From positions 63,986,001 through 64,050,000 of the forward strand of contig NC_086108.1 in NCBI RefSeq assembly GCF_963921235.1: 64,000 bases of DNA, given 5' to 3'. Below are positions 13,596-25,960 of this stretch, one piece after another (position 1 is the first letter of the stretch; each line of letters starts with the position of its first letter). This stretch comes from Mobula hypostoma. Its lineage: Eukaryota. A model generated the notes under the pieces. It searched no databases and was not told the DNA's origin. It was given only the letters and a program-made list of their open reading frames with translations. Position numbers and translations under genes: made by a program.

Positions 13596-15086
13596 GCTTG
13601 CAGTTGTATTCATATTAATGAAGTGATGGATGCCCCAGAAGGCAGTTTAATCATCTGGTTTCCAGTATAAATTTTAACTGGGCACTTGCTGACCATTTTT
13701 ACCCATTTCATGATAGAATTGTTTCTGCTTACATCAACCACTATCATGTTTTAATGGAATCAGTACATATATGAGCAGAAATTAAATCACTGCAGCCGAT
13801 ATTGTTGCTGGTTCATTATTAACAAAATCAACTTGTACTGTTGAGATTAATATGAATAGTTTCATCATTGCAAGATAACCTCACTGTATGTAAATGAAGA
13901 TCCGAAGCAGATCGTGCTAACAAGAAGTTTCTGGCAGAGTTGCCTTGTCAATGTAATTTATAGCAGTTAACACCGACTTCCTTTCAGAGCGACTGTATGC
14001 GAGAAAAGGGCTTTGCTGTCAGCTGGTCGAGGCATCTGCTTTTGTCATTAAGCTGTCAGCAAAAGGGAAGCCATATTTTCTTTTAACTGGGTGAGGCAAA
14101 CAAATGAATTGATGTGAGTGAGTGTAACCAGACGGTGAGATTAAAAGATGACCAGAAGGACAAAAATATAGAATAGAAGTAAATCTGAAACAAAATCAAA
14201 AATTCTCTTCTTAGGAGTCATTAATAAAATATGAAAAATCTATGGAACTTATTTACATTTTTAAAAATAATCATATTAGATTTGTTACATTTCAAAAAAT
14301 ACAGAGTATCTATGAGACTATGCTACTCAGCCAAGTAAGTGCTGATACTGCTTATTGTCATGTATTGTGATTTGTTATTATTATTTAGGAGGCCTGATGA
14401 TTATCTTCAAACTTATTGGAAACAGGTTCATTAAGAAACTACCACAGTTGGTTCAGACACTTCCACGCATGCATACATGTGAAGGGAAACAAATCTGGCA
14501 ACTTCACTATAGGTGCCATATTAATGCAGTTTAATTTACATTGCTGTGAAAGTTGTCTGCTGTAAGAGGCGCTCTGTTCCATTGTAAATATCTAATTGGA
14601 TAATTGTTAGTTTACATATTTAATGTTCTCTTCTCCATGTGATCCGCATCACTCTCTTTTAAGTTGTAGTTTTAGTACAGAAATTACTACAGTGATTTAA
14701 TTTTAAAGAAAATAGTCTCTCTTTGCTTTAAAGGAAAGTGACAGAGCAAATTGTTTAAATTAACCAGCATCATATTACCTATCAAACAACACATTTTATT
14801 TAGTGTTGAGACAAATATAAAGTTAATTTCAAAACTCAGGCATGGTTTTATTGAGGAGACAACATCGGAAGATTTATATTCTTACACCAATCCACAGTGT
14901 GAAGTTGGTTGTGGTGATTCCAGATACAAAATAAACCAGAATTATAAGGAACTCAGTAAAACATGTACCGGACCATGATGTCTTGGATTTGTGATGGTAT
15001 GGTCAATTAAATGATTAGTTATCACTGTTATTATTTTTGAAATTGGCAGGAACATTTTATGTGTGTACATAAATAAATAAATAACG

Positions 15087-15343
15087 GATGGGGTACGAGG
15101 GGGAGATGGGGCATTAGCGGAAGTTAGAGAAGTCAATGTTCATGCCATCAGGTTGGAGGTTACCCAGACGGAATATAAGGTGCTGTTCCTCCAACCTGAA
15201 TGTGGCTTCATCTTTACAGTAGAGGAGGCCGTGGATAGACATATCAGTACGGGAATGGGACGTGGAATTAAAATGTGTGGCCACTGGGAGATCCTGCTTT
15301 CTGTTGCTTGAAATTCCAGCAACTGCAGATTTCCTCGTGTTTG
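15087..15343 (-). mobile_element. PLE fragment: GIY-YIG endonuclease C-terminus, joined to a short inverted terminal piece
   Basis: ORF 15114-15425 ends DLPVATHFNSTSHS...RLEEQHLIFRLGNLQPDGMNIDF. 15301-15343 is the PLE terminal sequence in the opposite orientation. Confidence 0.85.
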
Positions 15344-15454
15344 TGTTACTTACATAATACCATTTTTCAGCTTTGAGCCCCCAACCCAATAGACAATATT
15401 TTGGCTCCTGCCAAAGCGTATGCAAAATGTGCTATTTTAATTGTTACATAGTGC

Positions 15455-16039
15455 TACTACTACTACTACTACGTCGACTCAGGCCTAGGGGGCCGGCGCC
15501 GGGCACGATGATGGACTCTCCAATTCTCCCTCTCCCTCATCAGTGTGTTCAGTTCATCTACATTAGCCACGCCGCTGTCTTCTAGGAGCATGTTGACTAC
15601 AGTCTTGGGAGGGTGCCCAGAGTTCATCCTCCCATGCTTGGGCTCCCATATGATGACTAGGCTGGCAGGTAGCTCGGGGTGGCGTAGACAGTGCCCCGCT
15701 AGTTGCAGTCTTCGCGCCTCGATTTTAGTGGAGAGCGTCGGTATGTTGTTATAGAGCTCAATGTTCGTCATGTGCTGTTGCCAACACACGTCAAGAGCCA
15801 TCCGGAACATTCCTGTATAACAACCATCTAGAGACTTTCACATCGTCTTGGTGAGTGTCCACGTCTCGCATCCGTACGTGAGAATGGACTCTATGTCTGC
15901 TATGAAAATCCTCTTTTTAAGCCCTCTGGTCAGGTTCAACTTCTCGATTTCCTTCATGTCGTTCATAGCCCTCCACGCCAGCGCCTTCCGTATCTTTATA
16001 TCCTTCTCCGAACTCATCATTCTTGACCAGAGGTACTTG
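15455..16039 (-). mobile_element. 5'-truncated RTE-clade LINE
   Basis: ORFs 15838-16020 (ESILTYGCETWTLT) and 15469-15810 (RRLQLAGHCLR). (GTA)n tail. 13-bp TSD with one mismatch: tgttacatagtgc at 15442-15454 and tgttacttagtgc at 16040-16052. Confidence 0.92.
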
Positions 16040-16150
16040 TGTTACTTAGTGCACTACATAATAATGTATGCTTTTCCCTTCCAAGCACGCGGTCTGTGAG
16101 AATTCTTGAATATGACTTGGTTGGTTAGTTTACTCAGGCGAAGTTCTTAC

Positions 16151-16299
16151 CACAATGATCATTAGATCTGTGTGGGAGCTTTCTTCAAGGTCAACAGCAA
16201 ACACAATTGCTTCACCACTGACTGCAAATTCTGGAGAAGCTTCTGCAAATATGTTTCCCTTATACTGTAGCAATCTGGGTGGTAGGTGACACTCATTCA
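16151..16299 (-). CDS. Candidate host exon (149 bp, phase 1 to 0), product unidentified
   Basis: Acceptor ttattttgtag| and donor GTG|gtaaga. The only open frame reads NECHLPPRLLQYKGNIFAEASPEFAVSGEAIVFAVDLEESSHTDLMIIV. Unique, non-repeat sequence. Confidence 0.35.
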
Positions 16300-16389
16300 C
16301 TACAAAATAAATTGCAGTAGTAAAATTTGCTGTTATTCAGCAAAACCGCAGTGAATATTACAGTTCATATTCTAAACACTTGATTACAG

Positions 16390-16694
16390 TGAGTGGCATG
16401 ATGGCCCAGCAGTTAGCGTAACAGTTTACTGCGGCAGCTATTGGGGTCTGAATCACATTACTGTCTATAAGCAATTTGTATCTTCTTCCCATGACACGTG
16501 AGTGTCCTCTGGGTGCTCTGCTTTCCTCCCACATTCCAAAGACTTGTGGGTTAGGGTTAGCATGTAGGTTGTGGACATGCTGTGATGGCGTTAGAAGCAT
16601 GGGCTGAGCTGCTTGCACTGTGTTGGTCTTTGACGTAAACAGTTTATTTCACTGTATGTTTCAATGTGCGTGTCACAAATAAAACTAATCTTTA
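16390..16694 (+). mobile_element. tRNA-derived V-SINE (HE1-like)
   Basis: Decayed tRNA-like head, V-domain gggtgctctgctttcctcccacattccaaagac, and 3' tail acaaataaaactaatcttt. Confidence 0.75.
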
Positions 16695-16874
16695 TCCTAT
16701 ACATAGGAGCAATATAATTGAAGTGTAAGAAAATGGGCTCCCCAGGTTATGGATGACCTGAACTTTAGGAAATCTGACTTGATGCAAAAGTCCCCATAAA
16801 CGTCGTGAGAAATAAGAAGCTACTATCCAGGAATTACATGATAAGCTTCTAAGGCAGACTGTATGATCACTCAC

Positions 16875-16928
16875 AATCTTCCAACTTCTCAGCTCCCTCT
16901 TTATTTTGCAAATTATTTACAGTACCTC
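16875..16928 (-). CDS. Candidate host exon (54 bp, phase 1 to 1), phase-compatible with 16151-16299
   Basis: Acceptor gtgttatttaaag| and donor ATT|gtgagt. Frame GTVNNLQNKEGAEKLED. Confidence 0.3.
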
Positions 16929-17065
16929 CTTTAAATAACACAAATATGATTTGTTTGCTCAAGATATAATTTATCATTTAAAAATGAAATGCTTTGTTTG
17001 CTGAACAAAGAACATTAAAATGTATTTAGTATTCAGTAATAAATGTGTGTAGTGTGTGTTCCGTT

Positions 17066-18860
17066 ACAACACACAAAATGCTGGAGGAACTCAGCAGGTC
17101 AGGTAGCATATTTGGAAATATATAAACAGCCAACATTTTGGACCGAGATCCTTCATCAGGACTGCCAAAATTAGGTGGAGGAGGGGAAGGAGAACAAGCC
17201 AGAAGGTGATAGGTGAAGCCAGGTGGGGGGAGGGGGGAGGGGTGGGGTGAAGTAAGAAGCTGGGAGGTGATTGCTGGAAAAAGTAAAGGGCTGGAAAGAA
17301 GGAATCTGATAGGAGAGGTGGGTGGACCATTGGGAAAAGGGAAGATGAAGGGCACCATGGTAGTCAGGTGAGGAGAAGAGGTAAGAGCCCAGAGGGGGGA
17401 AATGAAGAAGAGGGAAGTGGGAGATTTTGGAGGCTACGTATCTGGAATATGAAGTGTTGCTCCCCCCAACCTGAGAGTGATTGTATTGTGGCAGAAAAGA
17501 AGACATGGACCAACATGTCAGAACGAGAATGAGGATAGAAATTAAAGTGTCGGCCACCAGGAAATCCAGTTTTTTGTGGATGGAGTGGAGAAAGTCAATA
17601 AAACTGTTTGCCATTCGACATCAGGTCTCACCTTTGTAGAGGAGGTTCCATTGGGATATAGCAGACAACCCCAACAGATTCGCAGGTGAAGTGTTACATC
17701 ACCTGGGAAGGACTGTTTAGGGCACTGAATGGAGATGAGGGAGGAGGTGAAGTTCAAAAATCAAAGTACATTTATTATCAAAGCATGTATACATTTTACA
17801 ACCTAGAGATTCGTCTTCTTATAGAGCCACAAAACAAAGAAACCAAAAAGAACCCATTAAAAAAATACCGTCAAACACCCGATGTGCATTTAGAACGAAA
17901 GTGAGTCCCTAGACAGAAAGCCTGGAGCAGCCGGAGCAGGCCCGGAGCCTCAGACTTAGTTCAGCACAGAGCCAAGAAAATGTTATTCAGCAGCAAGCAG
18001 GACTGACCCAACCCTTCTCTCTTGTCCCGACACCCTGCCTTTTCAATCCCACTAGCCTGGGATTTAAACTGCTCAAACATCGGCTTGTTCCTCGCACCAG
18101 GATCTAGACCCTGTCACATGGATATGCTCTGGGCCTGGTCCCCTGCCACATTTTGACCTGCACCCGACCTTTACAAATTGGTCGAGGTGGTTGGGCCTCG
18201 AACCTGCCTCTCCTCCACCCAGACTTTGCCTCGAATATGCCTCAATTTCACCCTGACTTCGCCTTGCACCCATACACTTTGACCCTCGACTCAGCCTTGC
18301 CTTCTCTCGCCTCTCCAACGATGGCAGTGACCATTTACTATAAACTTGACAAGAAAAAGTGCGATTATAAAGTACTTAGTTGCTTCACCAGCACCATCTT
18401 AAACCAGCAGGTGTAGCATTTCTGCTAATTGCAGGAGTAAATGCCAGGAGGAAGATTAGTGAGGAGAGATGAATGGACAAGAAAATCACAGAGGGAGTGA
18501 ATCCTGTGGAAAGCAGAGAGTAAGGTGGGGGAGGTAAAGATATGTCTGGTAGTAGAGTCCCATTGAAGATGGTGGAAGTTGTAGAAATGACATATTGGAT
18601 GCAGAGGATAATGGGATATTTAGATGAGAACATAAGGAACTTTGTTCCTGTTAAGGCAGCGGGAAGGTGAGTCGAGCATGGATGTCTGGGAAATGGAGGG
18701 GACGTTGGTGAGGGCAACATCAATGGTGGAGGAAGGGAAACCCCATTGTTTGAAGAAGGAGGACAGATCTGATGTCATAGAAAAGAAAGCCTCATCCTGG
18801 AAACAGATAGGGTGAAGGAACTGAGAAAAGTGAATCATGTTTTTACAGGAGACGGTGAGA
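17066..18860 (-). mobile_element. Decayed Penelope-like element (RT thumb, GIY-YIG region and 3' terminus), interrupted at ~17750-18407
   Basis: ORF 18620-18838 (DEAFFSMTSDLSSFFKQWGFP), GIY-YIG-region remnants at 17450-17750, and the terminal repeat with a hammerhead-like motif at 17133-17163. Confidence 0.8.
17750..18407 (-). mobile_element. Non-autonomous retroposon, family A (5' CTGGTTTAAGATGGTGCTGGTGAA)
   Basis: Identical 24-mer at the 5' ends (18384-18407 and 28998-29021) and homologous 3' regions. Tail aataaatgtactttgatttttgaac. Splits the PLE. Confidence 0.75.
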
Positions 18861-20446
18861 AGATTTTAGCTTAATTATGGACAGGGCTAGAGTAGAAACT
18901 ATTTAATGAAATCAATTGGATGTGTATTCAAAGTGAATCAATTATGGATAGGTATGGAAATAGGTGTCGAGCTCCGGCCATCTCTGTATGTTATGAATAG
19001 AGCCAAGATTGCCTTCAACATTTCTCTCTTGATTGGGTGACCACCGCAAAATTGGACAATAAAACCCCCATTTACAGCCAGTATGAAGATTTTACTGCTG
19101 AGATATGCCAGGTTTTCGACCATCGGTGAAGTGGAAGAGCGGAAGTAGATCAGATACTTCACCTGCGTCAAGGCTCATGCTCTGTGCTGGATTACACCAT
19201 GGAATTCAGGACCCTCATGGAGCAGTGAGGCTGGAATGCAGAAACAATGCTGGCCTATTACCATCGTGGCCTCTTGGAGCACTAGAAAGGTGAGTTGTCT
19301 ACCTAGGACACGCCCGCCGACCTCGAAAACTTCAACATTCTGGCTCTCTGAATTGATAAGCGTCTTACTGAATGATCAGCCAGACCCCAGTTCCTAGAAC
19401 ATTTCAGGCAGCAGGATCCTCATTGTCAATGCCTCCAGAAACTATGCAGTTAGGGAGAACTCCCTTAACGTCCACCCCCACCCACCCCGAGAGCTTGAAC
19501 GCTGGTGGAGAAACAACTAGTGACCTTACTGAGGAGCACTGATCACCCATGTATTAAAAGCCCCCTACGTCAGTGAAAATAGTACCACTAGGTAGAGACA
19601 ATTGGCCTTCTAAGTGGTAAGTTTCTCCATGGCCCCTCATTCCAACACCGTAGCCCAAGTCAATCTCTTTGACCTCCTCCATACCCAACAACTCTACACA
19701 TGTAGGAGGCTCTGGTGCAGCAGGCAGCTTTCTAGACCGGACTCTCTGTGTGCAGCCTGGACTCCCTACCAAGCCTGTCTCTCAGCCCTCCTGCTTCATG
19801 GCCATTGATAAATTACCTTGAGGTCCGGGATGGAACAAACACACACATGAGCATCCGAGAGAACCGCAGGTCCATCCAATTCCTCCTGATCGACTCACCC
19901 AACACTTATCAAAACAGGAAAATGCTATCTTCATCTTTTCCAAGGACTCCCTAGAATGTCTTGTCATGTCCATTCAGTCTCCTCAAAACCCAACTTGACT
20001 GCAAATTAAAAAATGCCAGTTCCACACCCACAGTCATTTCCTTTCTGGGTTATGTCCTGTTTTCTCAAGGCATAACCATGGACCCAGAGAAAGTGTGCAT
20101 TGTTATTGAATGGCCTCAACACCCTCCCTCAAACAGCCACAGCACTTCTTTGGCTTCTTCAATTTCTACTGCCGTTTATTCAGACCCTGCAACCAAATCT
20201 CTGCTCCTCTCATCTCCCCCACCAAGTCACCAGCCTTATGGATAACCTGGTCTGCTCCCACAGACTACGCTTTCAAGGAGCTCAAGAGATGTCTCACCAC
20301 TGCTCCCATATTCTGCCATCCAAGCCCCTCTAGATCTTTTGTGGTAGAAGTGGACACAGCTGATGTGGTTGTGGGGCCATCCTCGCCCAGCAAAGACCAG
20401 ATGGGAATACACACCCTTGTGCCACCTTCTCATGCAAGTTTAAGTC

Positions 20447-20607
20447 GCGTGGCCAAGTGGTTAAGGCGTTGGACTAGTGATTTGAAGGTCACGAGTTAGA
20501 ACCTCAGCTGAGGCAGCATGTTGTGTCCTTGATCAAGGCACTTAATACTCATTGCTCCTGCATGTTTAAAGCCCAGCGGCGTTGGTTGGTGCAGTATAAA
20601 TATATCA
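20447..20607 (+). mobile_element. tRNA-derived CORE-SINE head
   Basis: gcgtggccaagtggttaaggcg (A box) followed by tgtgtccttgatcaaggcactta (CORE-like). Homologous to the SINE at 23590-23901. Confidence 0.75.
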
Positions 20608-21286
20608 GGAGGAGAAGATGGCGGCGCGACGCAGCTCGCAGCGGCCACTCCGGTGGTGATGTCTGTTATTTGTCAAGTAGGGTGCCGTGCACAATCCTGA
20701 TTTGATGGAGACGGATGTGAGAGCATTGAGGAACATCTGGTGAAACTTCTGAAATGCCCGCTTCGCTGCTGCTGCTACTGTGTGGTTCAGAATCTCCGGA
20801 GGGGAAGGCCCCGAGTCCTCGGCTTTGCTTGTTGCTTGGCGGCCGGGGTGGGGTCGAAGCGCTCGGCAGAGGATGGTGCTCGGAGAGGCTGTGTCAGAGG
20901 GGCTGGTCGGAGGCTCGAAGTTTTCGGACGGACTCAGAGTCCGCTGCAGTCGGGTGCTTCTAATAGTGCTGCATCAGCAAGTTTGTGACGCTTGGAGGTG
21001 CATGGCAGGGAGAGTTCCTCCCTTCTGCCGCCTGCGTGAGATGATGAGTCTATCAGGACTTTGAGACATTTTTTACCGTGCCCATGGTCTGCTCTTTATC
21101 AAATTATGGTATTGCTTTGCACTGTTGTAACTATATGTCATAATTATGTGGTTTTGTCAGTTTTAGTCTTGGTCTGTCCTGTGTTTTCTTGTGATATCAT
21201 TCTGGAGGAACGTTGTATCAGTTTTTAATGCATGCATTTCTAAATGACGATAAACGAGAACTGAATGTCCTCATAATCTAATCTAA
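20608..21286 (+). mobile_element. CpG-rich non-autonomous retroposon starting GGAGAAGATGGCGGCG, with an (AATCT)n tail
   Basis: High CpG content relative to the flanks, non-coding, 3' end gataaac...taatctaatctaa. Confidence 0.7.
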
Positions 21287-23589
21287 GCTATATAAGTCTA
21301 ATGCAATGCTGTTATGGTATAGGAGACAGGGAGCTACTGTACTTCCCATTAAATGGGCATTGAAAGAATGGAGACATTGGCTGATAGGAAGCACCATACC
21401 CTTCCGGATCTGGACCAACCAACAGAACCTCATATTCATACAACAGACCTGACAGCTCAACCAATGTCAGGCTTGGTGGGCCCTTTTCGAGCAATTCAAC
21501 TTCACCCTCGCCTACCGACCTGGCTCCAAGAACATTAAGGTGGACACTTTGTCACAATAGTTCACCCCAGCTGAAACTGAGATGGACCCTCAGCCCATCA
21601 GTCTATCCTCTCAGATCCTCACCCTGATCATCTGCAACCTTGAGAACCAGATCCGCCAGATCTTACAGCATGAGATTGCCCCAGCCGACACACCAGACAA
21701 CTACATGGACATCCCACTAGTCATGTGCTCTGAAGCACTCCAGTGGCCCCACTCCTTGCTCCTCTCTGGCCATTCAGACACACGACAGACCCTGAATTTT
21801 CTGAAACACCAGTTCTGGTGGCCCACCTTGATCACAAGCGTCCATCAGTTCGGCACTGCCTGCAGTCCAATTCCTCCAACGAAAAGCACTCTGGGCTCCC
21901 GTAGGCCTGCCGGTCCCTCGACGGTCATGGACCAACATCGCCATGGATTTCATTATGGCTTTGCCACCTTTCAATGGGGCCACAGTGATCAGAATAGCAG
22001 TAGTCTGGTTCTCGAAGGCCACCCACTTCATTGCTCTCTCGTGAGCCGCTGTGATGGCGGACCTGGTTCTCCAACATGATGTTCACCTCCATTGTTTCCG
22101 TCAGGACATCGTGTCAGACTGGGGTCCACAATTCGTCTCCTGCTTCTGGCAAGCATTCTGTTCGCTCCTCTGCACTTTAGTGAGTTTGTCCTCTGGCTAT
22201 CATCTGCAGATCACTGGACAGTCAGAAAGAGCCAATCAGCAAATGAAGAAGTTTCTGCGATACCTCACCACCTGTTGCCCTTCCAGATGGAAGAGGTATC
22301 TGCTTTGGGGCAAACGGTCTCACAATCTACACACTTCCTCTGCCACGGGTATGTCACCTTTGAGTTGCTTCATGGCTACCAACCCCTGTTTTCCCCACAG
22401 AGGAGATAATGGTGGAGGTCCCATCTGCCAGGGCCTAGTTCACCCATGCCAGAATACTTGAAAGAGGTCACAGTGGGCCATCCTAGCTACCAACCGTGCC
22501 TACTGCCACCAGACTAACCACGGTTGGTGCCCAGCCTGGGGACAGTGTCTGGCAGTCCATTTGAGATGTGCCCTCGTGCATCAACACCTGCAAGTTTATC
22601 GCCCCAGTTCATTGGTTCCTTTCAGATTATCCATCACATCAACCCAGTCACTTACCACCTCCAGCTGCCACCATCCGTCAGAATCACATCTACCTTCCAT
22701 GTGTCCTGCCCCAAGCCCATTGTCAAGACAAAATATCTGACAAGATTAAGCTGAACTACTTCTTGCTTTTTCTCTCTCAGAAGTGCTTACCACATGCTCA
22801 AACAGTTAATTCGTTAATGGGTCACTTTTACAAAGTTTGACTGCTTTTATATGAGGGGACTACATCTTATTTGAAAATTTGTCTACTCTGGTAGCTTCAG
22901 ATGCTGAAGACATTTTCATATTAATTAGACAGCTTCTGCTTCTGTTAAAATAAACTACCCAAACAAATTGTCCGTTTTAATTAAGATGTCACTGATTAAT
23001 ATTAAGAAGGCAACAAAGCACAGAATATTTGACTAGAGTCTGTCAGATAGCACAGGCTTAAGTATTAATTATTCACTCCTCTGAAGCCATGTTGAAAATG
23101 TTTTTTTAACTGATGTCAATGTAGATTAATGCAAAAGTCATCAAATGTGGCTGATGGCAATTAGCATATTTATCCTGTATAATAAAACAAGTCCAATCTA
23201 TGCGGTTTGAAGCTCCTGATCAAAAATGCCAGTTATATAACCACAGATAACCACATAACCATTCTATTTTAAAAGTTTATAATATCAAATCCCTGCCCAT
23301 GGTTAATGAACTAGGAGAATATCCTGCAATGCAGGCCTCACTTTTTGTTTGGAAGGAATTCATTCAGTTCCATTCCAGACTGACACTCTGGTGTCCTGCA
23401 GACTTAGCATTTATCAAAGCAATATTAGAAAAAAATTCTATGCCCTGGGGATAAAAAAGATCCGAAGATAGTATTTTGAAAGGAGCAGAAGTGTTTTATT
23501 GCTTCCCTGGCTAAATAAAAACTAAGGAAAGGGTAACAAAAGTGAGAGGGAAGTTGGATGATTGAAAAGTTTTAAAAATCCGACATAAT

Positions 23590-23901
23590 AATAAAGGCAT
23601 CCGTTAGTCTCGCGAGACCATGGATCTGCACCTGGAAAGTCTTCACTCTCCAGGGCGCAGGCCTGGGCAAGGTTGTATGGAAGACCAGCAGTTGCCCACG
23701 TTGCAAGCCTCCCCTCTCCACATCACCGATGTTGTCCAAGGGATGGGCAAGGGCCGATACAGCTTGGCACCAGTGTCATCGCAGAGCACTGTGTGGTTAG
23801 CTGCCTTGCTCAAGGACACAACATGCTACCTAGACTGGGGCTTGAGCTCACGACCTTCAGGTCACTAGTCGAATGCCTTAACCACTTGGCCACGTGCCCA
23901 C
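23590..23901 (-). mobile_element. Full-length tRNA-derived CORE-SINE
   Basis: The minus strand reads gtggccaagtggttaaggc (A box), a decayed B box, CORE-like tgtgtccttgagcaaggc, and a (TTA)n tail. Confidence 0.8.
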
Positions 23902-23904
23902 AAG

Positions 23905-25842
23905 AGCCAACAAAAGGCAAATAAAAAAGCTATAAGAAGGGAAAAGATGAAATATGAGGTAAGACTAGCCATTAATATAAAGCAGGATACTAAAAGATTT
24001 TTTCAGTTATATAGAGAGTAAAAGGGAGGTGAAGGTTAATATTGGACACTGGAAAATGATGCTGGTGAAGTAGTAATGGGGGACAAAGAAATAGCAGATG
24101 AACTTAATGTGTACTTTGCATCAGCCTTCACTGTGGAAGACACTAGCAGTGTGCCAGAGGTCTGTGAGTGTCAGGGAGCAGGAGTGAGTGCCATTGCTAT
24201 TACAAAGGAAAAAGTACTAGGCAAACTCAAAGGTCTTAAGGTGGCTAAGTCACCTGGACCAGATGGACTACATCGGAGAGTCTTGAAAGAGGTTGTTGAA
24301 GAGATAACGGATACATTGGTCATGATCTTTCAAGAAACACTTGATTCTGGCACGGTCCCAGAGGACTAGAAAATCACAAATGTCACTACACTCTTTAAGA
24401 AAGGAGGAAGGCAAAAGAAAGGAAATTATAGCCCAATCACCCTAACCTCAGTGACCAAGAAAGTGTTGAAGTCTATTATTAAGGATGAGGTTTCAGGGTA
24501 CTTGGAGACTAATGATAAAATAAGTCAAAGTCAGCATGGTTTCTGTAAAGGGAAATCCAACCTGAGAAATCTGTTAGAGTTATTTGAGGAAATAACAAGC
24601 AGGGTGAACAAAGGAGAGGCAATGGATGTCATTTACTTGGATTTTCAGAAGGCATTTGATAAGGTGCAGCACATGAGGCTGCTTAACAAGATAAAATCCT
24701 ATGGCGTTACAGGAAAGATATTGGCATGGATAGAGGAATGGCTGACAGCCAGGAGGCAGTGAGTGGGGAATAAAGGGTGACCTTTCTGGTTGGCTGCCAT
24801 TGACTAATGTTCCTCAAGGGTCAGTATTGGGACAGCTACTTTTCACATTGTTTGTCAATGATTTGGATAATGGAATTGATGACTTTGTGGCAAAGTTTGT
24901 GGATGATACAAAGATAGATGGAGGGATAGGTAGTGCTGAGGAAGCAATGCAATTGCAGCAGGGCTTAGACAAATTGGAAGAATGGGCAAAAGGTGGCGGA
25001 TGGAATACAGTGTTAGGAAATGTATGATAATACATTTTGGTAAAAGGAACAATAGTGCAGACTATTATCTAAATGGGGAGAAAGTTCAAACATCAGAGGT
25101 GCAGAGGGACTTAGGAGTCTTTGTGCAAGACTCCCAGAAGGTTAATTTATAGGTTAAGTCTGTGGTAAAGAGAACAAGCGCAATGTTGGCATTTATTTCA
25201 AGGGGAATAGAATATAAAAGCAAGGAGATAATGTGGAGCCTTTATAAGATACTAGTCAGGCTGCAATTGCAGTATTGTGAACAGTTTTGGGTCCCATATC
25301 TCATAAAGGATGAGTTTTCATTAGAGAGTCCAGAGGAGGTTCACGAGGATGATTTTGGGAATGAAGGAGTTAATATATGAGGAGCATTTGGCAGCTTTGG
25401 GCCTGTGCTCACTGGAATTTAGAAGAAGGCTTGGAGGGGGAGGGTGGATCTCATTGAAACTTACCGAATGTTGAAAGGACTAGATAGGGTGGATGTGGAG
25501 AGGATGTTTCCTATGGTGGGGATATCCAGAACTAGAGAGCACAGCCTCAAAACTGAGGGGTGACCCTTTAGAACAGAGGTAAGGAGGAATTTTTTTTTTG
25601 CCAGTGAGTAGAGAGTAGTAAATCTGTGGAATGGTCTGCCACAGAGTGCAATGGGGGCCAAGTCAGTGTGTATATTTAAGGCAGAAGTTGATCATTTCCT
25701 GATCGGTCAGGGCATCAAGGAATATGGTGAGGTGTATAGGGTTGAGTGGGATCTGGGATCAGCCATGATGGAATAGCAGAGCAGACTCAATGGGCTGAAT
25801 GGCCTAATCCTGCTCCGATGTCTTATGGTCTTATGTTCTTAT
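23905..25842 (+). mobile_element. 5'-truncated CR1 LINE
   Basis: ORFs 24076-24369 (KSPGPDGLH), 24451-24762 (YLDFQKAFDKV), 24800-25027 (VPQGSVLG...KFVDDTK) and 25162-25380. (TCTTATG)n-type tail. Homologous to 703-3193. Confidence 0.95.
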
Positions 25843-25960
25843 CACCATCATCCTAACAACATCACTTACATTGATTACCTGGTTACTTATCTGTTTGCAG
25901 TTTGTAGAATTTTACGATGTGGCAATTGATTTGTAATTTGTACATTACATTGTGCTAATA

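Larger units (their letters stand above)
18960..22728 (+). mobile_element. Decayed Ty3/Gypsy (Sushi-like) internal region with deletions; no LTRs seen
   Basis: Gag remnants (LRQGSCSVLDYTMEFRTL ~19160), RT/RNase H (ORF 20110-20499 FKELKRCLTTAPI...VVEVD; DRELL...LKEWRHWL ~21325-21385), and integrase (ORF 22051-22461 IVSDWGPQF...[18 protein letters not shown]). Confidence 0.9.

Noticed and set aside
23840..23901. tRNA gene (also 20447-20510 and 16390-16460)
   Set aside because: The A/B-box-like heads run into CORE or V domains and tails with no intact cloverleaf; these are SINE heads.
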